From positions 39,093 through 103,092 of the forward strand of contig PLWQ01000025.1 of NCBI GenBank assembly GCA_003165595.1: a DNA stretch of 64,000 bases. Reading direction: 5' to 3'. The DNA comes from Fibrobacterota bacterium. Lineage in GTDB: Bacteria > Fibrobacterota > Chitinivibrionia > Chitinivibrionales > FEN-1185. Shown here in pieces: positions 1 to 8,225 of this stretch. Position numbers and translations under genes: made by a program. Within the stretch, counting starts at the first letter, position 1. Every line of letters begins with the position of its first letter. The notes beneath the pieces were generated by a model that saw nothing but the letters and a program-made list of their open reading frames with translations, ran no database searches and was not told the origin of the DNA.

Positions 1-511
1 GGCTAATCGTTTCCGAAACAGCGCTGATCACCAGCCAGTATTCTTCATCAATAATATTTTTTTGGACGCCTGCGAATTGCTCAAGCATTCGACATATGCT
101 CTGCGCTGTCTTCAGAATTTCTCTTTCAACATCTTCTTGAAATTGTCGAGTTGCTTCGGCGCCATGTTGAATCTTTTTTGCCACCTCTTCAGACAATGCC
201 GACACCTGCGCGAGTGAGGGTTTAATCGCATCTCCATACACTTTGCCAAGATAATTGTCCAGATATGAACGCTTGAGTACACCAAAAGCAATTTGTCCAG
301 GTACGTCCCAGAGGTTTTTTCTAAGGCCTATCGGCAAAAGCCGATATACGGCAAAGGGCAAGGGGCCGCAATGGCCGGACTGGATATGCATGTGTGCGTC
401 AATAGCCGCGACATACAAAGGTTTTTGAAATACATGCGGCGTTCCGGTCTTGCCGTCGGATTTGACATCAGCCTGGCTTTGCGACTGACCGTTAGTCTGT
501 GGATCGGGCAT
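1..511 (-). CDS. amidohydrolase-superfamily-like hydrolase, N-terminal part (CDS continues past the left window edge)
   Basis: Absent from the ORF track because it has no in-window stop. Reading the minus strand from ATG (509-511, GAGGAA about 7 nt upstream) gives an open frame to position 1: MPDPQTNGQSQSQADVKSDG...PLYVAAIDAHMHIQSGHCGPLP... The N-terminal D-x-H-x-H is the amidohydrolase metal-binding signature. Confidence 0.5.
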   Translation of the reverse strand, partial: MPDPQTNGQSQSQADVKSDGKTGTPHVFQKPLYVAAIDAHMHIQSGHCGPLPFAVYRLLPIGLRKNLWDVPGQIAFGVLKRSYLDNYLGKVYGDAIKPSLAQVSALSEEVAKKIQHGAEATRQFQEDVEREILKTAQSICRMLEQFAGVQKNIIDEEYWLVISAVSETIS

Positions 512-562
512 CCTGTTCCTCTTTAATCAACGAAATACAAAGAAATTATTCAAAGTTCATTG

Positions 563-1453
563 TTAAGAATTGTTATCATTATTCTCAAAATATTCAACGG
601 CAAATTTGCCTGCGACCGTATTGTCCAAACTGGCTGTTCCATCTGCAGACAAATTGCCATTCAAGGTGCTTCCATCCGCCAACGTGACTTTATATTTCAC
701 ATTTTGTACAGGCGTACCGTCAAATTCGGTGTATTTTAATTCAATCATATCCCTAAACCTCACCTTCCCGCTCTCCTGCCCTTCCCCTACTCTCACCCCG
801 TCAACAACAACCAGAAAGAAGAATTCCACCGGCACATAATGCTTCTGATACTTCTGTCTTTCCGTCTCGATTGGAATCTGCGAAGTATCGTTCTTATAAA
901 TGAACTCCCACTTGACCTCTATCTTATCATTCTCAATTTCCACGGGAAAGGCGCAGTACTTTTCGTGATGACCGTCCGGATCGAATTCGTAAATAATTAT
1001 CTGCGCCTGGGCGCCGGGCAGGGGATTGACAAATTGCGTGGTAAGGGTGACAATATCTCCGCGATGCACTTCTGCTTTGTCCCAGCACATTTTGGAAACC
1101 TGAATTGCCGGCGTTGCGGGGATGGTAAACTGGCAGTCCTGTTTGAGGCCGTGTTTGGGAAGTTTTGCTTCAAACCCGATTTGCGCGCCAAGCTCGACTT
1201 TTTCGGGAATCGGCAGTTCGCCGGTAAATTCGTTGTTGTAAATTTCTCCTTTTATTGTACCGGGCGCTTTGCCCTTTGAACTGAAACCCTTTATTTCGAT
1301 GGAAGAGCCTTCGGCGACAGCGTAGGTTGTCACCTTGAGCGCGGCACTGGTGCCGCCATGAGCCGCGCCGCAGAGCCATGTTGCTTCCACGATATCGGAA
1401 TCGAGCTTGATCTTCTCTTTTTTGTCTGTTTGAACCTGATATTCACCGTTCAT
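563..1453 (-). CDS. hypothetical protein with tandem beta-sandwich-like repeats and a carboxypeptidase-regulatory-like C-terminal module
   Basis: Start trimmed from the 352-aa track ORF to the internal ATG at 1453, which is preceded by GGAGGA (1457-1462, minus strand); this gives 296 aa. Two similar modules are visible (IVEATWLCGAAHGG...IEIKGF / VSKMCWDKAEVHRG...IIIYEF). The C-terminus reads DGTPVQNVKYKVTLADGSTLNGNLSADGTASLDNTVAGKFAVEY. No family recognised. Confidence 0.6.
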   Translation of the reverse strand: MNGEYQVQTDKKEKIKLDSDIVEATWLCGAAHGGTSAALKVTTYAVAEGSSIEIKGFSSKGKAPGTIKGEIYNNEFTGELPIPEKVELGAQIGFEAKLPKHGLKQDCQFTIPATPAIQVSKMCWDKAEVHRGDIVTLTTQFVNPLPGAQAQIIIYEFDPDGHHEKYCAFPVEIENDKIEVKWEFIYKNDTSQIPIETERQKYQKHYVPVEFFFLVVVDGVRVGEGQESGKVRFRDMIELKYTEFDGTPVQNVKYKVTLADGSTLNGNLSADGTASLDNTVAGKFAVEYFENNDNNS

Positions 1454-1766
1454 GCATCCTCCAACTGTCTGCCCGCAAGCACACAATACAAAATACGATG
1501 TGACGAGGTAATGCGGTGTGACAGGCGTCACAGGCAGGTCAATCATACGACAAAGGTAGGTGACAACACTTTGGTGAAAAATGCGGGTCGGGAGATTTCG
1601 TGCGAAGCTGCAGTTGCGCAAGGGAAGTGAGAGAAGAAATGAAGGGTCATCGGAGAATTGTGTGGCACCCTCGCTATGGGATTCGCCCTACAAGGGCCGA
1701 AAGGGGCGCACCCTGGCAAGACCCACACAAGTCATCGAAGCGCCAAAATGAAAATCAATAAGCTGA

Positions 1767-2747
1767 TTAAATTTTCCGGTCTATCAATTTACGCACTATC
1801 TCGTTTGCTCCCAGGCCCTCGGTTTCGGCGTGGAACGACCGTACGATCCTGTGACGGAGCACGCAGGGCGCGGCAGCCTTCACGTCGTTTACATCCGGTG
1901 ACGGCCTGGCGTCGAGCGCGGCATATGCCTTTGCGGCCAGAACGAGATATTGCGATGCGCGCGGACCCGCGCCCCAGGTAATGTACTGCCGCATTTCGGC
2001 GGGACATTCCGGGCTTTCGGGCCGCGTGGACCTTGCAAGTTTCACCGCATACCCTATCACCGAGTCGGCCACGGGCACCCGCCGCACAAGATCCCGGAAC
2101 TGCTCAAGGTGCGGGCCGTCGAGCACCGGCGAAATGGGAAGAGGCTGGGCCATGGTGGTTGTGCGCGCAATCTCCACCTCTTCGGCAAGGGTGGGATACC
2201 CGATCTCCACGGAGAACATGAACCGGTCCTGCTGAGCCTCGGGGAGCGGATAAGTGCCTTCCTGTTCGATGGGGTTCTGCGTGGCGAGCACCCAGAACGG
2301 GGACGGCAGTTCGAACGTGACTCCCGAGGACGTCACCTCCCGTTCCTGCATCGCCTGCAACAGCGCAGATTGCGTTTTGGGCGGGGTGCGGTTGATCTCG
2401 TCGGCAAGAAGGATGTTGGAAAACACCGGTCCCTTAACAAATCTGAATTCCCGCACGCCGCTGGCCCTGTCTTCGTACAGGATCTCGGAGCCGGTGATGT
2501 CGGACGGCATGAGGTCGGGCGTAAATTGAATGCGGTTGAATTTGAGGGAGAGGCACTCGCCGATGCACCGGATGAGCGTGGTCTTGGCAAGGCCGGGCAC
2601 GCCGATAAGAAGACAGTGGCCGCCGGCGAGGAGGCAGGCCAGAAGATCGTGCACGACGCCGGCCTGGCCGATAATCCTCTTGGACAGCTCGGTTGTGATG
2701 GCCCTCGTTGCGCTTTGTAAATCTATCAGCAGGTCCTTGTCATTCAT
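1767..2747 (-). CDS. MoxR-family AAA+ ATPase
   Basis: 326 aa. Walker A GVPGLAKT and FNRIQFTPDLMPSDITG, then DEINRTPPKTQSALLQAMQE, which is typical of MoxR/AAA_3. Confidence 0.9.
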   Translation of the reverse strand: MNDKDLLIDLQSATRAITTELSKRIIGQAGVVHDLLACLLAGGHCLLIGVPGLAKTTLIRCIGECLSLKFNRIQFTPDLMPSDITGSEILYEDRASGVREFRFVKGPVFSNILLADEINRTPPKTQSALLQAMQEREVTSSGVTFELPSPFWVLATQNPIEQEGTYPLPEAQQDRFMFSVEIGYPTLAEEVEIARTTTMAQPLPISPVLDGPHLEQFRDLVRRVPVADSVIGYAVKLARSTRPESPECPAEMRQYITWGAGPRASQYLVLAAKAYAALDARPSPDVNDVKAAAPCVLRHRIVRSFHAETEGLGANEIVRKLIDRKI

Positions 2748-3783
2748 GGGCGCCCTGATCCTCTTTTTCGATTTTCTTTTCCGCTTCCGAAATGTCCTTG
2801 AACGTGACGTTGAGCTTGAAAAAATAATACAGTCCCAGCGCCGTGATCGTGATGTAGGGAACCGCGTGATACAGAATGGTGATGGCCTGCGCCTTGTCCC
2901 GGCCTACGCCGCAGAGCGCAAGGCCTTCGAGCATAAACGCGTGGAGCGTGCCCACATACCCCGGAGCAAGCGGGATGGCAGCGCCGAGAGCGGCGAACGC
3001 CTGGGCAAACAGGGCCTGCAAGATTCCAAAATTCTTCTCTTGTATCAAGGCAAGCACCGAGAGCGCATAGCAAGCGAGAATGCCTGCCGAAAGCGCGGCC
3101 ACGACAACTACTTTCTTCCAGGAAAACAACCAGTCAAGAGTTGAAGCCACATCCCTGCCAACACGTTCGATTTTGGGCCGGATCGACTCCGGCACAATCG
3201 TAAGCGCCCGTCCGAACATCGTTCCAACGGCCCTGGGGAAAACCGAATAGGCTGCAATGAGTCCGATGCCGCAGGCGGCCAGAACGGCGAGAAGAATTGC
3301 GGCCGTATGAAGGGTTACGGCCGTGTATATGGACGATCGGTCGCCGGAGCCCATGCCGGGCATGAGGAACACCGGCGCGAAAAAGCAGGCGCTGAGTGCA
3401 AGCACATCGATGCCGCGCTCCAAAATGAGCGAGCCGATGCTCACCGCGGCGCTGTATTTGTTCCTGCGCCACAACAGTACGGCCCGGGCCGCCTCGCCCA
3501 TGCGGGCGGGCAGGATGTTGTTGATCATGAAGGCAATCATCACGAGCGGAAATAGCTGTTTCTTATGCGACAAGGGCGGCTCGGGCAGCATGACCTTCCA
3601 GCGGATCGCCCTGAGCCAAATCGACATCACCGCAAGCCCGGCGCATGCGGCAATGCCCCACGGGCTTGCATGGGAGAGCTGCAAAACGAGCCTGTGCGGG
3701 TCGACGCTGCGGAAAAAGATGAGGAGCCCTGCTGCGGCAAGACAGGTTCCGAGCAACCACTGGACAAAGCGGGAAAGTTTCAC
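2740..3783 (-). CDS. UPF0104 / lysylphosphatidylglycerol-synthase-TM-region-like (flippase-like) integral membrane protein
   Basis: 347 aa and polytopic. The N-terminus (LLIFFRSVDPHRLVLQL...IWLRAIRWKVML) matches the flippase-like domain pattern. Overlaps moxR by 8 nt. Confidence 0.7.
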   Translation of the reverse strand: MKLSRFVQWLLGTCLAAAGLLIFFRSVDPHRLVLQLSHASPWGIAACAGLAVMSIWLRAIRWKVMLPEPPLSHKKQLFPLVMIAFMINNILPARMGEAARAVLLWRRNKYSAAVSIGSLILERGIDVLALSACFFAPVFLMPGMGSGDRSSIYTAVTLHTAAILLAVLAACGIGLIAAYSVFPRAVGTMFGRALTIVPESIRPKIERVGRDVASTLDWLFSWKKVVVVAALSAGILACYALSVLALIQEKNFGILQALFAQAFAALGAAIPLAPGYVGTLHAFMLEGLALCGVGRDKAQAITILYHAVPYITITALGLYYFFKLNVTFKDISEAEKKIEKEDQGAHE

Positions 3784-5087
3784 TCATTCTCCAGCCTGTT
3801 AAAGACAAGGCCCGAGAAGAATTTTGGAAAGAAGTTCGTCGATTTCTGCGGCATGCGCTCGCCGCCCGAAACGACTGCATTTACCGTTGCGATGTCCAGC
3901 GGCCGGATAAAGAACACGCCGCGGTACGAGCCCGGAGAGCCCAGTGCGGCATCGTAGGCTGCGTCCGGATCGTTGACGTAGTCGATGAGGTCGTGCAGGA
4001 CGACGCCGTCGAGCGGCAGCGACAGAAGTTTGTTGACAACAATGGAATTTATCTTCGACACATCGAGCCGGTTCCACAACCGCGACATGCCGCGCGGGGT
4101 GCCGGTGAGATAGGCGTCTCCCGCCGCGTTGAGCGTGAGGCCGTACAGGCGTTTGTCGGAGGAATCGAGCAACACCATCTCGCAGCCGGCGCCGTTGTCC
4201 AGAAACGCCCGGACCGTTGCACGTGAGGCATCCCCGAGGTCTTTGACATCAAAGAATTGGGCAAGAGCACTGTGCAGCGGTGCCGAAAGCGTTCCCGGTG
4301 TCGTGCGAACCAGGCGGTGAAACGGCCGGATCACCAGTCCGGGATCGGCCATGGAAACAAGCGCCATCAGCACATAGGCGTGCTCAGGGTTCTTTGTATC
4401 GCGATAGAAAGAAAGCGCGGTTTCGTACCGGTGATGGCCGTCGGCGATGAGCACCTTCTTGCCGGAAAGAGCCTTCGTGAGGTTTTCGATGGAGCGGGCA
4501 TTGGACGCGCGAAACAGCGAGTGCCGCACTCCGCCCTCAGATTCAAAGACGCCGTCCGGAGGGCCTTGGATGCACGACATAATCTCTGCGTGCAGCGTGC
4601 CGTCGTCGGGAACAAGACCAAAGATGAGCTCCGAATGCGTCCGCGTCGCGCTCAGGAGCTCATAGCGGTCGATCTTGGGCCCGGACAGCGTGTATTCGTG
4701 CGGGAGAACGAGCCCCTGATCGTAATCGACGAGTTTGACAAGAGCGATAACCGCGGTGCGTTGATGCACAACCTCCGCGCCCCCCTGCCTTACCGGGAAG
4801 TCGTGCCGGTACACGTACAGCGAGGGCTGGGGGTCTTTGGCAAGCACGCCCGACGAAATCCATGTGTTGAGGAACGACGCCGCGCGGTGGTGGCGGTCGC
4901 GGTTCTCGGTATCGGACTGCTCCTTCCTGTTCTGTATGATCCGGACCACGTTCACCGGATCGGTGTCGTACAAACGGGAAACGGCTGCCGTATCGATCAT
5001 GTCGTACGGCGGGGCGACAAACCGTCCGAGATCTTCGGGCTTCTCCAGCGCGTACCGGTAACCGGCAAAGGGACGGATATCTGCCAT
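3780..5087 (-). CDS. DUF1015 family protein
   Basis: 435 aa. The N-terminus MADIRPFAGYRY...FVAPPYDMID is the hallmark DUF1015 start. 4-nt overlap with the downstream gene. Confidence 0.85.
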   Translation of the reverse strand: MADIRPFAGYRYALEKPEDLGRFVAPPYDMIDTAAVSRLYDTDPVNVVRIIQNRKEQSDTENRDRHHRAASFLNTWISSGVLAKDPQPSLYVYRHDFPVRQGGAEVVHQRTAVIALVKLVDYDQGLVLPHEYTLSGPKIDRYELLSATRTHSELIFGLVPDDGTLHAEIMSCIQGPPDGVFESEGGVRHSLFRASNARSIENLTKALSGKKVLIADGHHRYETALSFYRDTKNPEHAYVLMALVSMADPGLVIRPFHRLVRTTPGTLSAPLHSALAQFFDVKDLGDASRATVRAFLDNGAGCEMVLLDSSDKRLYGLTLNAAGDAYLTGTPRGMSRLWNRLDVSKINSIVVNKLLSLPLDGVVLHDLIDYVNDPDAAYDAALGSPGSYRGVFFIRPLDIATVNAVVSGGERMPQKSTNFFPKFFSGLVFNRLENE

Positions 5088-5096
5088 TGCGGACTC

Positions 5097-5459
5097 CTAT
5101 CGTTGCGAGCCTTCCTGCCCGGACCGCCACTCCTCCTCCGAATTGTAAATTTCGGCAAGCCGGTCGATGCCGAGCAGGGCAAGCCAGGAGAAGACCTCGG
5201 CGTTTGCCACGAGCACGCTCACCCGGCCGGTGCCGGACATGCGAATGGTTTGGACAATCATGGTGATAAGCGAACTGTCGATCGTGTCAAGCGCCATCAG
5301 GTCGAACAGGATCCCGGCGCCCGGCCCTTCCGAAAGCGCCAGCTTGACGCGCTCAAGCGCGCTGTCGAGCTGTGGAAAAAAGGTGGACGGGGTCCAGCTC
5401 TGCTTTTCGAGAACGGCAAAGCGATGCCACCGGCCTTCCCGGGTAATGCGAAGGTTCAT
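5097..5459 (-). CDS. STAS-domain protein (anti-sigma-factor antagonist-like)
   Basis: 120 aa. ILFDLMALDTIDSSLITMIVQ...VSVLVANAEVFSWLALLGIDRL fits a STAS/SpoIIAA-like fold. Confidence 0.7.
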   Translation of the reverse strand: MNLRITREGRWHRFAVLEKQSWTPSTFFPQLDSALERVKLALSEGPGAGILFDLMALDTIDSSLITMIVQTIRMSGTGRVSVLVANAEVFSWLALLGIDRLAEIYNSEEEWRSGQEGSQR

Positions 5460-6139
5460 GCAATTTCCTCATGCGGCTGCGCGGACACGCACGCCTGTGT
5501 CAGGTCCATTTCGGTTTGCCCGAGCAAATGCGCGCAGAAGCTCCTGCGGTGGAAGCGGCACAGCCCGAGATTTCGTATTCTGTCTATATGATACGCGGTC
5601 CCGTATCCTTTGTGAAGTCCAAAGCCGTATCCGGGACATTCGGCGTCGTAGGCGGCCATCATCCGGTCGCGGGCGACCTTGGCAAGTATCGACGCGGCCG
5701 CGATGGAGGCGCTCGCGGCGTCTCCCTTTACCACCGTGCGCTGGACGCCCGCGGCAAGTCCCGGCATGGGCTGGTTTCCGTCCACAAGGGCAAGCGCCCA
5801 GGGAACCTGCATTTTGTCAAGAGCGCGACGCATTGCAAGCAGGCTCGCCTGCAGGATGTTGCGCTCTTCGATCTCCTCAACCGACGCCTGGCCCAGAGCC
5901 CATGAAGCTGCTTCGCCGGTGATGCGAACGTACAGCGCTTCGCGCCTCTTTGCCGGCACTTGTTTGGAGTCGAAAATGCCGTCTATGGGCCGCGCAGGAT
6001 CGAGCACAACCGCGGCCGCGACCACCGGACCGGCCAAAGGCCCGCGGCCGGCTTCGTCGAGTCCCACGATGCGCCCGCCCATCGCCTGCTCGATGCGCGC
6101 GTCGAATTCGTACAGTTCCCGGGTGTCAAACCGCGCCAT
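5456..6139 (-). CDS. rnhB: ribonuclease HII
   Basis: 227 aa. GLDEAGRGPLAGPVVAAAVVL, DSK, LVDGN, ASILAKVARD and GYGFGLHKGYGT are RNase HII motifs. Confidence 0.9.
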   Translation of the reverse strand: MARFDTRELYEFDARIEQAMGGRIVGLDEAGRGPLAGPVVAAAVVLDPARPIDGIFDSKQVPAKRREALYVRITGEAASWALGQASVEEIEERNILQASLLAMRRALDKMQVPWALALVDGNQPMPGLAAGVQRTVVKGDAASASIAAASILAKVARDRMMAAYDAECPGYGFGLHKGYGTAYHIDRIRNLGLCRFHRRSFCAHLLGQTEMDLTQACVSAQPHEEIA

Positions 6140-6743
6140 AGGCTTTGCGGCCTTTCACCGTGATGCGGCCCTGTGCGATGGCCTCAATCACTCTCCAGTA
6201 GCTCGCATGTTCGAGTGAGAGAACCCGGCTTGCGAGCGCGTGCGCGTCGTCGGTGTCGAGCACGGGCACCGTGGCCTGAAAAATGATCGGCCCGTGATCG
6301 TACTCTTCGTCGACGAAATGGATGGAGATGCCGGAGATCTTTGCCCCGTAATCGAGCACCGCCTGGTGCACTTTTTCGCCGTAAAGTCCCTTGCCGCCGA
6401 ACGCGGGAAGAAGCCCGGGGTGAATATTGACGATCCGGTTCTCAAACGCCTTGATGACCGATACCGGGATTTTCTTCATATAGCCGGCAAGGGCGATAAG
6501 CCCCGTGTCGTGGCGGCGGAGCTCGGCAAGCAGGGCTTCTTCGTAGGCAGTGGCGCTTGCGAAATGCGACGGCGCCATGTGACACACCGGGATACCGTGC
6601 TTTTTCGCGCGTTCAAAGGCAAAAGCCGAACTGTTGTTACCGACGCACACGGCCAGAGTGCAGTGCAATTCGTTTGAGGCAACCCTGTCGATGAGCGCCT
6701 GAAAATTGCTTCCGCCGCCGGACGCGAAAACCGCAACGTTCAT
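6126..6743 (-). CDS. purN: phosphoribosylglycinamide formyltransferase
   Basis: 205 aa. VFASGGGSNFQALID, LAGYMK, NIHPGLLPAFGG and HFVDEEYDHGPII are PurN motifs. Confidence 0.9.
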   Translation of the reverse strand: MNVAVFASGGGSNFQALIDRVASNELHCTLAVCVGNNSSAFAFERAKKHGIPVCHMAPSHFASATAYEEALLAELRRHDTGLIALAGYMKKIPVSVIKAFENRIVNIHPGLLPAFGGKGLYGEKVHQAVLDYGAKISGISIHFVDEEYDHGPIIFQATVPVLDTDDAHALASRVLSLEHASYWRVIEAIAQGRITVKGRKAYGAV

Positions 6744-6809
6744 GCTGACCTTGATTCCCTGGATAAGAACATGATCACCCTGATTGGGCGTCTGAACAGC
6801 GTTCGGTTT

Positions 6810-8024
6810 CTAGAGCCGCTCCAGACCGGTTACTTTTCCGGTGAAGGACAAGTGGTATCGGATGCCGCTCCAGACAATCGTGCGCTTGAATGCCGTCCTG
6901 ATACAGCTGAGAAGAAACACGCAGAGAGCCGCCGGCTGAAGCATCACGAAAGAACCCAGCCGGGGCATGGCGCCCAGCGCCGGGTACATCAGGTCGGCCG
7001 CGAGTTTTCCGACAAGCAGGAAAAGCGAAGCGCCTCCGCCCATGGCGAAAAACGATACGGGGGTAAAGAGCCCCACCACAATAGCCACAGGCAACCACAG
7101 GATCGTAAGAAAAGTTACGGCGATTATAGGCATGGCAACAACCCACAGGGTCCGCTGGTACAGCTTGAGAAACATCATCTGCCGCTCGAACCAGCGAGTG
7201 GCGTCCCGCACGCTGTCGATGAGATCGTCGGTGTGGGTGATGCATGTCGGCACCAGGATCGATCTTCTCTTTTGATTCTTGATGATCTGCGAAAGGCTGC
7301 TGTCGTCCACGACGGTTTCGCTCCACCGCGCGGCTACGCCCAGTGCTTCGAAATCCTTTCTGCGCATGGCCATGGAGCCGCCCCACAACCCGACGCTTCC
7401 CATGAACGACGCGGTGCTGTAGATTGTATACAAAAAAGAATTCATGTAAAAATGAGCTTGCTGACCGAGCGTCCCGCGTTCGGCATGGAGCCAGCGGAAC
7501 CCCGTTGTTACCGCAATGGCCGGGTCGGAAAGCGGCAGGATTATCTCGGAGAGCCATTCGGGGCGCGGCGAGATATCCACGTCGGCGAACACGTATACGT
7601 CCGGATCGTTCGCCTTCTTGACTGCTGCAAGCTGATTGAAGTTTTTTTGCCCGCAGACGGTGGCCAGGCCCGCAATCACGAGCGAGGCCCTGGGATTGCC
7701 GGCGATAACGTCTCTGATCCGGGCAACCGCTCCGTCGGATTCGCTCTCCACCGTGTAAATGACCTGGTAGTTGTCGTACGAGAACCTCAGGAACGATTTC
7801 AGGTTCTCTTCGAAGTTCTTGGTTGCGCCGCCCTTGCACGGGACGATAACGGTGCAGCTCGGGCGAAACGACGGATCGAACCTGGGCCGGAACACCTTTT
7901 TGTACAGCACCCGCTGATACAGCACCGTAAAAAAGGTGCTTAGAAACACTCCGGCGACCACGAGGCCGCAGAACGCGAGAAGCAAGCGCGTCCACAAATA
8001 GGGACCGGCAAAGGCACAAAGCAT
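6810..8024 (-). CDS. GT-A glycosyltransferase, family 2/21-like (ceramide-glucosyltransferase/HpnI-like) membrane protein
   Basis: Start moved to ATG 8024 (GAGGAG 7 nt upstream); the track start at 8039 is a TTG. VIVPCKG...YQVIYTVES...VYVFADVDISPRPEWL plus C-terminal TM helices. Confidence 0.75.
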   Translation of the reverse strand: MLCAFAGPYLWTRLLLAFCGLVVAGVFLSTFFTVLYQRVLYKKVFRPRFDPSFRPSCTVIVPCKGGATKNFEENLKSFLRFSYDNYQVIYTVESESDGAVARIRDVIAGNPRASLVIAGLATVCGQKNFNQLAAVKKANDPDVYVFADVDISPRPEWLSEIILPLSDPAIAVTTGFRWLHAERGTLGQQAHFYMNSFLYTIYSTASFMGSVGLWGGSMAMRRKDFEALGVAARWSETVVDDSSLSQIIKNQKRRSILVPTCITHTDDLIDSVRDATRWFERQMMFLKLYQRTLWVVAMPIIAVTFLTILWLPVAIVVGLFTPVSFFAMGGGASLFLLVGKLAADLMYPALGAMPRLGSFVMLQPAALCVFLLSCIRTAFKRTIVWSGIRYHLSFTGKVTGLERL

Positions 8025-8225
8025 CGACTGTCTCCTCAAAAAATATCTCTTAAAATACGTTTCTGCGGGAGTCCATCAAAGCGCGAATCATGGCTATTTT
8101 CGGGGGTGAAGCGGAGCTGCCGGAGCCCCGGGGGAGTAAAGAAGCAGGGCTATAGGCCGTGGCTTTGATTCGGGGTAGAACCCCTAACACCCGGACTCGT
8201 TCACGCCGCGCAAAATGAGGGTATT

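Noticed and set aside
1670-1684. Shared 15-mers: CTCGCTATGGGATTC (1670-1684 and 19257-19271) and GCAAACTTTGGGATT (17395-17409 and 33505-33519).
   Set aside because: - With about 4e9 position pairs (both orientations) and 4^15 of about 1e9, a few exact 15-mer matches are expected by chance in 64 kb. They are not evidence on their own.
- All four sites are intergenic and one abuts the 37-nt repeat, so a genome-wide count would be worthwhile.
4257-5591. Long antisense or out-of-frame ORFs in the track. Examples: 4257-5591 (+, 444 aa), 6771-7943 (+), 6775-8019 (-), 16257-17369 (+), 34699-35883 (+), 37501-39069 (+, 522 aa), 39062-40012 (-), 46940-47815 (-), 48692-49597 (-), 49722-50687 (-), 52698-53882 (-).
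   Set aside because: They overlap ORFs that carry clear family motifs. They are Arg/Gly/His/Pro-rich with no recognisable motif. They are the expected shadow frames of GC-rich coding DNA.
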